A stretch of 64,000 nucleotides of DNA, from positions 1 to 64,000 of the forward strand of contig CAWAGQ010000014.1 in NCBI GenBank assembly GCA_963781585.1. Reading direction: 5' to 3'. A program made the position numbers and the translations under genes. The DNA is from an uncultured Gemmatimonadaceae bacterium. GTDB taxonomy: Bacteria > Gemmatimonadota > Gemmatimonadetes > Gemmatimonadales > Gemmatimonadaceae. Shown here piece by piece: positions 47,831 to 57,486 of this stretch (the first letter of the stretch is position 1; the number at the start of each line of letters is the position of its first letter). The notes under the pieces are model-generated. The model searched no databases. It was given only the letters and a program-made list of their open reading frames with translations, and was not told the DNA's origin.

Positions 47831-49849
47831 CTAGAAGCGGTGTCTGATGGTCACCCGCAGCGAGCGCCCGTCGCGCGGGAGCAGGATCTGCAGATGCTCC
47901 TCACCGCCCGGGTCGGCGTAGCGCGCGTCGAACAGGTTGCGAATGCTCACCGACATTTCGGTGCCCTGGCCTGGCCCCGCGACGTGGAGCGTGAGATTGG
48001 CGACCGTATACGCCGGGTCCGTGCCACCGCTGAGCGTGGGCCGCGAGCCGAGGTGGCGCACTTCGAGCGCCAGGTGGCCGCGCCCGTCGAGCAGCGGAAC
48101 CGACGCGCCGCCGTGCACGATGGTCCGAGGTGAATTCGCCGGCGTGGTCGACGAATCGCCGATGGCATGCTGGTACGCGTACGAGACCCTGCCCTCGATC
48201 GCCGGCAGGTGGCCAGCGATCTCGAACTCCACTCCGCGGCCCGTGGGTTGACCGCCGTTCGCGAATACGAGGAGCGAATCGGACGGGTCGGTGACGAGGT
48301 TGATCAGGTCACGCGTGCGGATGCGGTATGCCGACACTGAAGCGAAGAGTGTCGACCCGATCGCCTGCTCGATGGAGAGTTCCTCCGTCTGCACTCGTTC
48401 GGGTTTCAGCGAGGGCGGTGCCTTCTGGGTCTCGCCGCCATCCTGGTAGTAGAGTTCGTACAGATTGGGCGCCCGGAAGGCCTGGCCGTACAGGGCCTTG
48501 ATGCTCGTGGCGGAGAAGGGGTGCAGCACGAGCGCAGCGCGGGGATTTGTGGTTCCGCCGATTCCCTCGTACTGGTCATGACGCAGCCCGGCGTATGCAA
48601 CGGCGCGGGCGCTGAATCGCCATTCCAGCTGGCCGTAGGCCGCACCGGCCATCCGTGAACGATTCAGGTCCAGGTACGTGACCCGGGGATCGACGTCGTA
48701 CCCACCGATCTGGCCACTGCTCAGCCACTGCGTCTCGCCCCCAAAGGTCAGCTTGTGGCCGGATCCGAAGTACCGCAGGTACTCGCCCTGCAGCGACCAG
48801 GCCTGGCTGTGGTTGTAGTCGCGGAACAGAACGTCGGTGTATGGATACTGCCCGTCGTAGCGGTAGCTGTCGAAGGCCGCGGTGGCGAAGGCGCGCGAGA
48901 GATCCTCGAACGCATGTTCATAGCTCAGCGTGGCCGTGGCGGTCCGGTCGTGCGTGCGGAAGCGGGGATCGTCGAACACAGTCGAGTACGAGGCCGTGGG
49001 GACGTCGCGCTCCCGGGCGCTGTAGGCCGCGAGCGCCGAGAAATCACCCATCGATCCCTTCGCAAGACCGCGGTACGTCTGCTCGCTGTCCATCCCGCGC
49101 ACCACGCCGTTGTTGGTCTGCGGCGAATCGAACTCGGGATAGTAGAGGTTCTGTCCGCCCCGACGTTCGGCCGATCCGCTGAACAGCATCTCGTGCGATC
49201 CACGCACCCGCTTGCCCAGCGACAGCGCCCCGCGGGCATAGCCGAAACTCCCGGCCTCCGCCGTTCCCTGCAGGCCCGGGAGTTGCCGGCCACGCTTGGT
49301 CACCAGGTTCACCACGCCGAACAGGGCATTGGTGCCGAACAGCGCGGACCCCGGACCCATGATCACTTCGACGTGGTCGATCAGGTCCACGTCCACCAGG
49401 GCGTCCGTCCCGATCCCGGTGGCGTCGGTGGCCGCATCGTTGATGCGGTGGCCGTCGACGAGCAGCAGGATTCGGGTGTTGAAGTCACTCTGCCGCGACA
49501 TGCCGCGAATGGTCGCGTACGCGTACTCGCGATCGTAGTAGGTGAAGATGCCGCGCACTGCGCCCAGGATGTCGGCCAGCGTGCGATAACCCTGCCGGCG
49601 AATCTCATCGGCGGTGATGATCGTGACCGACGCCGGCGCCTCGCTCGCATCCTGCGCATAACGCGAAGCGCTGAAGACGAGACGCTGGCCGGCGAACGCC
49701 GGCGCGCTGTCCGCGGCAGGCGGAGCGGCGGCCTGCGCGGCGAGTGAGCCCGCAGCCGGCCTCAGCGTCGACGCGACCGCGAGGGCCACGAGTGCGCGAC
49801 GCCAGCCGCGCGCCGAGCCGCGTTGCCGGGAGGTCAATTGCGTCTTCAT
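47831..49849 (-). CDS. TonB-dependent receptor (signalling-operon associated)
   Basis: SASRYAQ...APASVTIITADEI, ILLLVDG, IDHVEVIMGPGSALFG, RNLFD, C-terminal F. Confidence 0.9.
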   Translation of the reverse strand: MKTQLTSRQRGSARGWRRALVALAVASTLRPAAGSLAAQAAAPPAADSAPAFAGQRLVFSASRYAQDASEAPASVTIITADEIRRQGYRTLADILGAVRGIFTYYDREYAYATIRGMSRQSDFNTRILLLVDGHRINDAATDATGIGTDALVDVDLIDHVEVIMGPGSALFGTNALFGVVNLVTKRGRQLPGLQGTAEAGSFGYARGALSLGKRVRGSHEMLFSGSAERRGGQNLYYPEFDSPQTNNGVVRGMDSEQTYRGLAKGSMGDFSALAAYSARERDVPTASYSTVFDDPRFRTHDRTATATLSYEHAFEDLSRAFATAAFDSYRYDGQYPYTDVLFRDYNHSQAWSLQGEYLRYFGSGHKLTFGGETQWLSSGQIGGYDVDPRVTYLDLNRSRMAGAAYGQLEWRFSARAVAYAGLRHDQYEGIGGTTNPRAALVLHPFSATSIKALYGQAFRAPNLYELYYQDGGETQKAPPSLKPERVQTEELSIEQAIGSTLFASVSAYRIRTRDLINLVTDPSDSLLVFANGGQPTGRGVEFEIAGHLPAIEGRVSYAYQHAIGDSSTTPANSPRTIVHGGASVPLLDGRGHLALEVRHLGSRPTLSGGTDPAYTVANLTLHVAGPGQGTEMSVSIRNLFDARYADPGGEEHLQILLPRDGRSLRVTIRHRF

Positions 49850-50361
49850 GGCGTCACCGCCACGTCATGCACCGTGCCATTCACCACGGCGGCCGCCGCG
49901 ACGTAGCCGATGGCTCCGGGTGTGCTGCTCACGTAGGCCACGATCGCGGCGTCGGTGTTCTTGACCGGTGGCGGCTCCGATCGGCCGGCGAAGATCTCCT
50001 GGACCCAGTACGCCGACACCGCGCCCGGTGTCCGATGGAGGATCTGCCGCGAAAACGTGTCTCGCACCGCGGTCTCGGCCGGCAGGTCCACCGGCGCGAC
50101 CGGACCGCCGTCGGGCCATGAGGTGCGGCGACGCAGGAAGTAAGCCGCCACGTCCTCGCGGCTCAGCGATCTGACGGGATTGGAGGCGTTGACGATCACG
50201 CGAAACTCTGTCGACAAGGGAGATGGCGCGGCCGCGCCGACCGCGAACGCCGACACGGCGAACGGAGTCAGAAGGACGAACACCGCCGCCAGCCAGCGAG
50301 CCCGCCTGGCTGGTCGGAACGGGAGCGTTCCGCCGCGCGCGAACAACGGACGAGAGGCCAC
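49846..50361 (-). CDS. Small periplasmic binding protein-like (PstS-related single domain)
   Basis: Signal peptide, VIVNASNPV, FLRRRTSWPDG, YWVQEIFAG, YVSSTPGAIGYV. Confidence 0.8.
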   Translation of the reverse strand: MASRPLFARGGTLPFRPARRARWLAAVFVLLTPFAVSAFAVGAAAPSPLSTEFRVIVNASNPVRSLSREDVAAYFLRRRTSWPDGGPVAPVDLPAETAVRDTFSRQILHRTPGAVSAYWVQEIFAGRSEPPPVKNTDAAIVAYVSSTPGAIGYVAAAAVVNGTVHDVAVTP

Positions 50362-51476
50362 TATGCGAACGCGGGTATTCCGGCCACGGGCAATTCCGGC
50401 ACGGCGTCATCGGCCAGGCGCTCGCGCGCCTCGAGCACCGCGCCCCACTGCGCGAGGAAGGCGTCCACACAGACCGGATCGAAGTGCTTGCGCGAGCCCT
50501 GCTGGATCAACGCGCGGGCGTCGGCCAGCGGCCAGGCGGCCTTGTAGGGACGCCGTGAGGTGAGCGCATCGAACACGTCGGCCACGGCGACGATGCGTCC
50601 GGCCATCGGAATCGCCTCGCCGGCGAGCGCCCGCGGGTAACCGCTCCCGTCGAACTTCTCGTGATGCGTGAGCGCGATCTCGGCACCGAGCTGCAACAGC
50701 CGAGAATTGCTGTCGCGGAGGATCTCGTGACCGATCACGGTGTGCCGTTGCATCAGCGCGTATTCCTCCGGATCCAGGCGATCCGGCTTGCGGAGGATGA
50801 AGTCGGGGATGCCGATCTTGCCGATGTCGTGGAGCGGAGCGGCGAGCACCACTTCCTCGGCGAAATCCGGCGACAGCGTGAGCTCGCCGGTGATGAGCCG
50901 CGTGTACTCGACGATGCGCAGGATGTGCTGCCCTGTCTCCCAGTCCCGATATTCCGCCGCGCGTGCCAGCCTGATGATGGTCTCCCGCTCGCGATTCGCG
51001 ATGGTGGTGGTGGCGCGACGCACTTCGTCAGCCAGCCATTTCGACTTGTCCGCCAGCTTCCTCTTGGCGCGCGCCAGCGTCACCATGTTGCGTGTCCGAG
51101 CCCGGATCTCGTCGGCGTCCAGCGGCTTGGTGAGAAAGTCGATGGCGCCGAGCATCAGCGCGCGCTGGCGCAGCTCGCGCTCCGTGGATGCGGTGACCAC
51201 CATGATCGGGGCGTCGCCGCCGCGATCGTCCATCGTGCAGGCCTGGATCAGCTGCAGCCCGTCCATCACGGGCATCTGCAGATCGGTAATGAGCAGGTCG
51301 CAGGGACCCTCGCGGTACGCGGCGAGCGCCTCTTCCGGATTCTCGAACGCCCGCACCTGAACGTCATTCAGGCCGGCCAGGGCATGCTCGAGCAGCTTGA
51401 GGCTGATTACCGAGTCGTCAACAATGATGACGATGGCTCGTTCGTCGGAGTCGGGCGTAAGGGGAGTGCTGATCAT
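50361..51476 (-). CDS. REC + HD-GYP cyclic-di-GMP phosphodiesterase (RpfG-like)
   Basis: IVDDS, ITDLQMP, ETGQH, LHDIGKIGIPD, HHEKFDGSGYP, ADVFDAL, RPYK; start ATG 51476. Confidence 0.93.
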   Translation of the reverse strand: MISTPLTPDSDERAIVIIVDDSVISLKLLEHALAGLNDVQVRAFENPEEALAAYREGPCDLLITDLQMPVMDGLQLIQACTMDDRGGDAPIMVVTASTERELRQRALMLGAIDFLTKPLDADEIRARTRNMVTLARAKRKLADKSKWLADEVRRATTTIANRERETIIRLARAAEYRDWETGQHILRIVEYTRLITGELTLSPDFAEEVVLAAPLHDIGKIGIPDFILRKPDRLDPEEYALMQRHTVIGHEILRDSNSRLLQLGAEIALTHHEKFDGSGYPRALAGEAIPMAGRIVAVADVFDALTSRRPYKAAWPLADARALIQQGSRKHFDPVCVDAFLAQWGAVLEARERLADDAVPELPVAGIPAFA

Positions 51477-54202
51477 GAGAGCGCTCGTACGAAGGTGGTG
51501 GCGCGCTCGAAGGCGTCGCCCAGGCGCTCGCGAATTGGTTCGACGAGCTCCCATTGCTCCTGCTTTGCTGCGTGTTCCAGTTCACGCGCGAGTTCGGCTA
51601 CTTCCCGGGACCCGACGGACGCCGCCGATCCCTTGAGGCTGTGCGACGCACTCTGCAGCGCCTTCGCTTCGCGCGACGCGATGGCGCCATCGACCTGTTG
51701 AAGAACCGGCCCGCTGCTCTCGACGAACAGATCGAGGAACTGCCGCACGGTGTCGGCGTCGTCGCCGACCAGCGACTGCAGCTGCGTCAGGTCGATCGCG
51801 GCCGGCGGCTCGGCGGCCTCGCCGCTACCGGCGGCTGGCGCGTCGCGAACTGCGGGGGCGAGCAGGCCGGGGGGATCGGCTGTCCGCGCGGGGTCAGGGC
51901 GGATCCAGCGGGCGAGCGTCGTCCGCAGCACTTCGCGACGCAGGGGCTTCGCCATGAAATCATCCATCCCGGCGCTGAGACAGGCGTGCCGGTCGTCCTC
52001 CGTCGCGCTGGCGGTGAGCGCGACGATCGGCAGGCGATCCGAGGTGAACCCCAGTCGCCGCATCGCCGCTGTGGCCTGGAAGCCGTCGAGGTTTGGCATC
52101 CGGCAGTCCATGAGCACCAGGTCGTAGGACGCCTGCAATACCATGTCGACCGCGCGCTGGCCGTCGGCCGCGACTTCGGCATCGTAGCCGAGCCGGCGCA
52201 GCAGCTCGAGCGCGACCTGCTGGTTCACCGTATTGTCCTCGGCCAGCAGCACGCGGCCGCGCACGCCACCGACCGTCGCATCCGCACCCAGGTCCGCGAT
52301 GGCGAACGCATTTGGCGTGAGCCGTCTCACGGATCCGGAGCGTCCGGCGCCGAACAGGGCGTCGGTTGCCTGCAGCAACTGCGAACGGCGAACCGGCTTC
52401 AGGATCACGGCGCAGTCGTAGAGACTCGCGGCGTGACGCGCGTCCTCCCGACGGCGCAGCGTGCTCAGAAGCAGAATGGGGACTCCGGAATGCTTCGAGT
52501 CGCCCCGGATCTTCCCGGCGAGTTCGATTCCGTCGGTCCCCGGCATCTCGATGTCGCTGATGATCAGGCGCGGCGTATCACCGGCCGCACCCAGCCTGTG
52601 CAAGGCATCGAGCGCCTCGTCCGCGCCGCCGGCTGTCGAGCAGACGGCTCCGTTTCGCGACAGGACGCGCTCGAGCATTCGGCGGCTCTCGTCGCTGTCA
52701 TCCACGATGAGCACGCGGCATCCGTCGAGTCCGATGGACCGCGGCGCGGGCATTGCGTCCTTGGCGTTCCGGAGATGCACGGTGAAGCCGAACGTGCTGC
52801 CGACTCCAAGCTCGCTGCGGACCCAGGCCTGGCCTCCCATCATGGCGGCCAGCTGGCGGGAGATACTGAGCCCCAGCCCGGTGCCGCCGTATCGCCGCGT
52901 GGTCGAGGCATCGGCCTGCGTGAACGGGTGGAACAGGCGCTCCTGATCCTCGGGCGAGAGCCCGATGCCGGTGTCCCGCACCTCGAACTGGAGCTGGACT
53001 TCGCGATCGCTGAGCGACAGCAGATTCGCCTCGATCACGACAGCGCCGGCGCTCGTGAACTTGACGGCGTTGCCGGCCAGGTTGACCAGGATCTGCCGCA
53101 GGCGACCGGGATCGCCGCGCAGCGCGTCAGGGGCGTTGTCGGCGGCGATGCAGACCAGCTCCAGCCCCTTGCTCTCGGCCCGTTCGGCGAGCAGTTCGGT
53201 CACGTCCTCCAGCACGCCACGCAGCGAGAAGTCGATCTCCTCGAGGACCAGCTTGCCGGCCTCGATCTTGGAGAAGTCGAGGATGTCGTCGATGATGCCG
53301 AGCAGCGCTTCGGCGGAGCGGTGCGCTGTGAGGCAGAACTCGTGCTGCTCGGACGTCAGGTGTTCGTGCGCGAGCAGGTCCAGCATGCCGAGGACGCCGT
53401 TCATCGGGGTGCGAATCTCGTGGCTCATCACGGCGAGAAACGCCGACTTGGCCCGGGTGGCGTCGACCGCCGTGTCGCGCGCCGCCGCCAGCTCGCGCGC
53501 CTGATGCGCCAGATCCTCCACCTGGCTCCGGATGCGCTCCACCATGGTGGCGAACGCCGAGGCGAGCGCGCCGATTTCGTCGCTCTCCGCACGAGGGATC
53601 ACCACGTGATACTCCCCGGCAGCCATCCGGTCGGCCGCGCGACGCAACGACACGATCGGACGCACGATGCGACCGGCGATGATGAGCGACAGCAGACCGC
53701 CCACGCCGAACACCAGCAGGCTGACCGTCAGGCCAAGACGGCGTTGACGGGCGATCCGGCGCTGAAGGGGTGCCAGTGACGACCCCACAACCAGCGTTCC
53801 GAGCGTGTCGTCGCGAAAGTGAATTGGCGCTGCCACGAACAGGAGCCCGCGCCATTCATGCATGTCGCTGCGCGAAGCCTCGCGTATCGGATCCACGGGG
53901 AGGCTGTCGCGGTTGAACGCGGCGAACACGTTATCCGAAGTGTCGACCACCGCCAGGTAGGCCAACGCGCTGTCGCGCCGCGCCCAGGCGAACGCTGCCG
54001 CCACCGACGACGGGACGTTGAGACGCAGCGCCACTCCCACGCTCATTGCCACCATCTCGGCGGTGCCCGCCACCTGTTCGCGCCTGGCGCTCAGCGCCTC
54101 CTCGCGGTACTGCGCCGGATAGTAGAAGCCGACGAACAACGAAATCAGAAACGCGACCACGGCACCGCTGGCGGCAACCTTGATCCGAATCGGCCAGCGC
54201 AT
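51473..54202 (-). CDS. Hybrid sensor histidine kinase (TM-periplasmic-HAMP-HisKA-HATPase-2xREC-Hpt)
   Basis: MSHEIRTPMNG, NLAGNAVKFT, GGTGLGL, SDIEMP, MDCRMP, SHSLKGSAASVG; start ATG 54202. Confidence 0.95.
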   Translation of the reverse strand: MRWPIRIKVAASGAVVAFLISLFVGFYYPAQYREEALSARREQVAGTAEMVAMSVGVALRLNVPSSVAAAFAWARRDSALAYLAVVDTSDNVFAAFNRDSLPVDPIREASRSDMHEWRGLLFVAAPIHFRDDTLGTLVVGSSLAPLQRRIARQRRLGLTVSLLVFGVGGLLSLIIAGRIVRPIVSLRRAADRMAAGEYHVVIPRAESDEIGALASAFATMVERIRSQVEDLAHQARELAAARDTAVDATRAKSAFLAVMSHEIRTPMNGVLGMLDLLAHEHLTSEQHEFCLTAHRSAEALLGIIDDILDFSKIEAGKLVLEEIDFSLRGVLEDVTELLAERAESKGLELVCIAADNAPDALRGDPGRLRQILVNLAGNAVKFTSAGAVVIEANLLSLSDREVQLQFEVRDTGIGLSPEDQERLFHPFTQADASTTRRYGGTGLGLSISRQLAAMMGGQAWVRSELGVGSTFGFTVHLRNAKDAMPAPRSIGLDGCRVLIVDDSDESRRMLERVLSRNGAVCSTAGGADEALDALHRLGAAGDTPRLIISDIEMPGTDGIELAGKIRGDSKHSGVPILLLSTLRRREDARHAASLYDCAVILKPVRRSQLLQATDALFGAGRSGSVRRLTPNAFAIADLGADATVGGVRGRVLLAEDNTVNQQVALELLRRLGYDAEVAADGQRAVDMVLQASYDLVLMDCRMPNLDGFQATAAMRRLGFTSDRLPIVALTASATEDDRHACLSAGMDDFMAKPLRREVLRTTLARWIRPDPARTADPPGLLAPAVRDAPAAGSGEAAEPPAAIDLTQLQSLVGDDADTVRQFLDLFVESSGPVLQQVDGAIASREAKALQSASHSLKGSAASVGSREVAELARELEHAAKQEQWELVEPIRERLGDAFERATTFVRALS

Positions 54203-54322
54203 CCTGGCCCGTTGGAACAACACGCACCTCACGGAAAGAGTCCTGTGCGACACCGCATATCGGCGCGGTGACGGCATGCAGTCGCTCACGGCAGACCTGC
54301 CAGTGCTTCGACTGCGCCCTAT

Positions 54323-54367
54323 AGTCTCGACCCACCCGGTTCATCGGCTTAACCCCCTTCCGGATTA
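54323..54367 (-). promoter_or_regulatory. Sigma-28-like promoter region
   Basis: TAAT-N15-GCCGATGA (54367-54341; FliA consensus TAAA-N15-GCCGATAA) overlapping TTAAGCCG-N13-GTCGAGACT (54352-54323). Confidence 0.5.
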
Positions 54368-54566
54368 GGGCTGCCTCATGCGCGCACGGGTTCCGAGCGG
54401 GCCGCTCAGGGTGCGGAATCGGCCATTCTGTCCGGGACTGGCGACCTCGGGGTCCGGTATTCGAGGGTGTTTGAGCCGGATTCGCACCTGGGCCGGCGCT
54501 GTTCTGGAGCGGGGCCGGAACGCGAGGCTGGCGGGACCCGCGACTTTCCTCCATCCTCGGCCCCCA

Positions 54567-55598
54567 ATGACCGCTCTGCGCATCGGCATTCTCGGCTGCG
54601 GCCGGATCGTACGGCTGGCCCACCTCCACGCACTGGCCGCTCTTCCGGACGTGCAGGTGGCGGGCGTCGCTGATCCCGATCCCGAAGCGGCCGCCTTCGT
54701 CGCACGCCTGGCACCCGGCGTCCCGGTGGTTGGTGACTATCGTGAGCTGCTCGACGCCCAGGCGCTCGACGCCGTGGTCATCGCCATGCCGCCACTGCTG
54801 CATCGGGCGGCCGCGGTCGCGGCGTTCGAGCGCGGGCTGCATGTCTACCTCGAGAAGCCCATCGCGCCGTCACTTGCCGACGGCGAGGCGATTGTGTCGG
54901 CGTGGCGAACCGCGGGAACGATTGGAATGATCGGGTTCAACCTCCGCCGCAACCGCCTGTACGCCGACCTGGGTCGGGCACTCGCGAACGGCGCGGCCGG
55001 TCACCCGATCGCGGTGCGCAGCGCGTACACCGCGCTGTGGCCCGACGTCGCGCCCTGGCGTGTCTCGCCCGAAGCCGGCGGGGGCGCGCTGCTCGAACTC
55101 GCGTCGCACCACGTCGATCTGGTTCGCATTCTGCTGCGCGACGAGATAGAGTCGGTGCAGGCGGATACCTGGTCCACTCGTGGCGAAGACGAGGCGGCGA
55201 TGCTGCAGATGCGGCTGAGTGGTGGCGTTCGCGCTCAGACCCTGGTCTGCTATGGCACCGTGGAGGAAGACCGGTTCGAGCTGTATGGCGCGAGCGGAAA
55301 GCTGGTGGTGGACCGATACAATTCACTCGCGGTCGAGCAGGTGCCGACGCACGCGGTGGGCGCCATGACGAAAGTGGCGCAGCACGTGGTGCGCGAGGTG
55401 TCGGCGGCGCGGTACGGCCTGGAGAAGCGGCGCGATCCCGGTCAGGAACCGTCATACGCGGCGGCGCTCGCCGCCTTCGTGGCGGCGGCGCGAACCGGTG
55501 GTGGGGCGGTCGCGCCCGATCTCGATGATGGCCTTCGCGCGCTGCGCGTAATTGACGCGGCGCGGAAGGTGGCGGGCCGGCGCGAGCAAATCCATTGA
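54567..55598 (+). CDS. Gfo/Idh/MocA family oxidoreductase
   Basis: RIGILGCG, HVYLEKP, GFNLR, GGGALLELASHHVD; start ATG 54567. Confidence 0.92.
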   Translation: MTALRIGILGCGRIVRLAHLHALAALPDVQVAGVADPDPEAAAFVARLAPGVPVVGDYRELLDAQALDAVVIAMPPLLHRAAAVAAFERGLHVYLEKPIAPSLADGEAIVSAWRTAGTIGMIGFNLRRNRLYADLGRALANGAAGHPIAVRSAYTALWPDVAPWRVSPEAGGGALLELASHHVDLVRILLRDEIESVQADTWSTRGEDEAAMLQMRLSGGVRAQTLVCYGTVEEDRFELYGASGKLVVDRYNSLAVEQVPTHAVGAMTKVAQHVVREVSAARYGLEKRRDPGQEPSYAAALAAFVAAARTGGGAVAPDLDDGLRALRVIDAARKVAGRREQIH

Positions 55599-56554
55599 CG
55601 GCGGGAATGCAGTCGCAGCCGGCGCTTACCGTGGCACTGCTCACCCCCGACCTGTTCGCCACAGTGGAGCGCACCGTGCGTCAGGTGGCTGCGCAGAACA
55701 TCGCGTCGTGCATTGAACTCCTGATGGTTGCCCCCGCGTCTGTATCGTTATGCATCGATGCCGACCTCGCGCGATCGTTCCAGTCGGTACGAGTGGTGGA
55801 GGGCGACTTCTCGGGCGGGAGCGGCGTAGTGCGGGCCGCCGCGGTTCACGCCGCCGCCGCTCCGATCATCGCGTTCGCCGAGGATCACTGCTTCCCCGAC
55901 CCCGGGTGGGCCGAGGCACTCCTCGCCGCGCATGCCGGACCGTGGTGCGCCGTCGGCCCGGTGGTGCGGAACGCGAACCCGGACACGCTCGTCAGCTGGG
56001 CAGATCTGCTGATGGGCTATGGTCCCTGGCTCGCGCCCGGGTCGTCCGGCGAACGCGACCATCTGCCGGGCCACAACACGAGCTACAAGGTCGAGCCATT
56101 GCGGAAACTCGGAGCACTGCTCGATGAGCTGCTCGAGGCGGAGACACCCCTCCAATGGCGGCTGCGTGCAGCGGGCGGGCGCCTGTATCAGGAGCAACGC
56201 GCGTGCGTGGCCCATACCAACTTCTCGTGGTGGAGCACCTGGGTGCACGTCGTCTATCATGCCGGGCGCGTGTTCGCCGCGACCAGAGCGCTCGACTGGT
56301 CGCGGATGCACCGCCTGGCATTCGCCCTTGCCGCACCGCTGGTGCCCTTCGTACGGATGGCACGTCACGTCGCCCAGGGGTGGCGAGCCGGCCTGCCGCG
56401 GATCCTTCTGGTGCGTATGGTTCCCGTGCTGTTCGCGGGCCTGGCATGCAACGCAGCTGGCGAGGCAGTGGGCGCGCTGACCGGCGCCGGAACGTCGCGC
56501 GCGAAAATGCTGGCCTGGGAGTTCCATCGGAACGCGCCGTCGGGGCGTCGGTAG
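55595..56554 (+). CDS. Glycosyltransferase family 2-like protein
   Basis: IAFAEDHCFPDPGWAEAL, LPGHNTSYK, C-terminal hydrophobic segments. Confidence 0.8.
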   Translation: MTAGMQSQPALTVALLTPDLFATVERTVRQVAAQNIASCIELLMVAPASVSLCIDADLARSFQSVRVVEGDFSGGSGVVRAAAVHAAAAPIIAFAEDHCFPDPGWAEALLAAHAGPWCAVGPVVRNANPDTLVSWADLLMGYGPWLAPGSSGERDHLPGHNTSYKVEPLRKLGALLDELLEAETPLQWRLRAAGGRLYQEQRACVAHTNFSWWSTWVHVVYHAGRVFAATRALDWSRMHRLAFALAAPLVPFVRMARHVAQGWRAGLPRILLVRMVPVLFAGLACNAAGEAVGALTGAGTSRAKMLAWEFHRNAPSGRR

Positions 56555-56565
56555 GTGGAGGGACC

Positions 56566-57486
56566 ATGACCGTGGCGGGCGGCCTCTCCTTTTCGGTGAT
56601 CGTGCCGACGCGCAACCGGCCGGCAGCGCTCGAGCGGTGCCTCGCGTCGCTCGCCGCGCAGTCGTACGCGAGGGACTCCATCGAGGTGGTCGTGGTGGAC
56701 GATGGAAGCGTGCCCCCACTGAGGGCGCCGATCGAGACGGCCGGTCGCCTGTCGCGATGCGTGCTCGTCTCCACTCCTGGTGTGGGGCCCGCCGCCGCGC
56801 GCAACGCCGGAGTCGCCGCGAGCCACGGCGATGCCCTGGCCTTCATCGATGACGACTGCGTCGCCGATCCCGGATGGTTGACGGCGCTGGCCGGGCGCCT
56901 GTGCGCTCAGCCCGGCGCCGCGGTTGGCGGGCGCGTCCGGAACGCGCTGACCGGCAACCGATATGCGCGGGCCAGTCAGTCACTGATTGATTTTCTGTAT
57001 CGATACTACCATGTGGAAGGGCGCGGCAGCGTGCCGTTCTTCACCACCAACAACCTGGCCGTGCGACGCGAGGTGTTCGAGGACGTCGGTCCCTTCGATC
57101 CTTCATTCCCGTTTGCGTCGGAGGATCGCGACTGGAGTGACCGCTGCCGCCACCGCGGCCGGGCACTCTGCTACGCCGGGGAGGCGTTGGTCTTCCACGC
57201 GAACGAGCTTGGCTGGCGCTCGTTCGTGCGGCAGCACTTTCGGTATGGCGAAGGGGCACTGCGGTTTCATCGCGCGCGGTCCCGGCGCCGCCGCGAACCG
57301 GTGGGGATGGAATCGCCGCGCTTCTATGCAAGAATGTTCCGGGAGCCATTCGCGACGCACGACCCGAACGCGCTCCGGCAGGTGGGGCTGCTGCTGATCT
57401 CGCAGGTCGCATCGGCGGCCGGCTTCGCGGACGCCTACCTGCGCGACCCGGCGCATCGCCGGCCTCCACCGACCGTCGGGCGCTAG
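56566..57486 (+). CDS. Glycosyltransferase family 2
   Basis: FSVIVPTRNR, VVVDDGS, GPAAARNAG, AFIDDDC, SEDRDW; GGAGG RBS and ATG 56566. Confidence 0.92.
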   Translation: MTVAGGLSFSVIVPTRNRPAALERCLASLAAQSYARDSIEVVVVDDGSVPPLRAPIETAGRLSRCVLVSTPGVGPAAARNAGVAASHGDALAFIDDDCVADPGWLTALAGRLCAQPGAAVGGRVRNALTGNRYARASQSLIDFLYRYYHVEGRGSVPFFTTNNLAVRREVFEDVGPFDPSFPFASEDRDWSDRCRHRGRALCYAGEALVFHANELGWRSFVRQHFRYGEGALRFHRARSRRRREPVGMESPRFYARMFREPFATHDPNALRQVGLLLISQVASAAGFADAYLRDPAHRRPPPTVGR

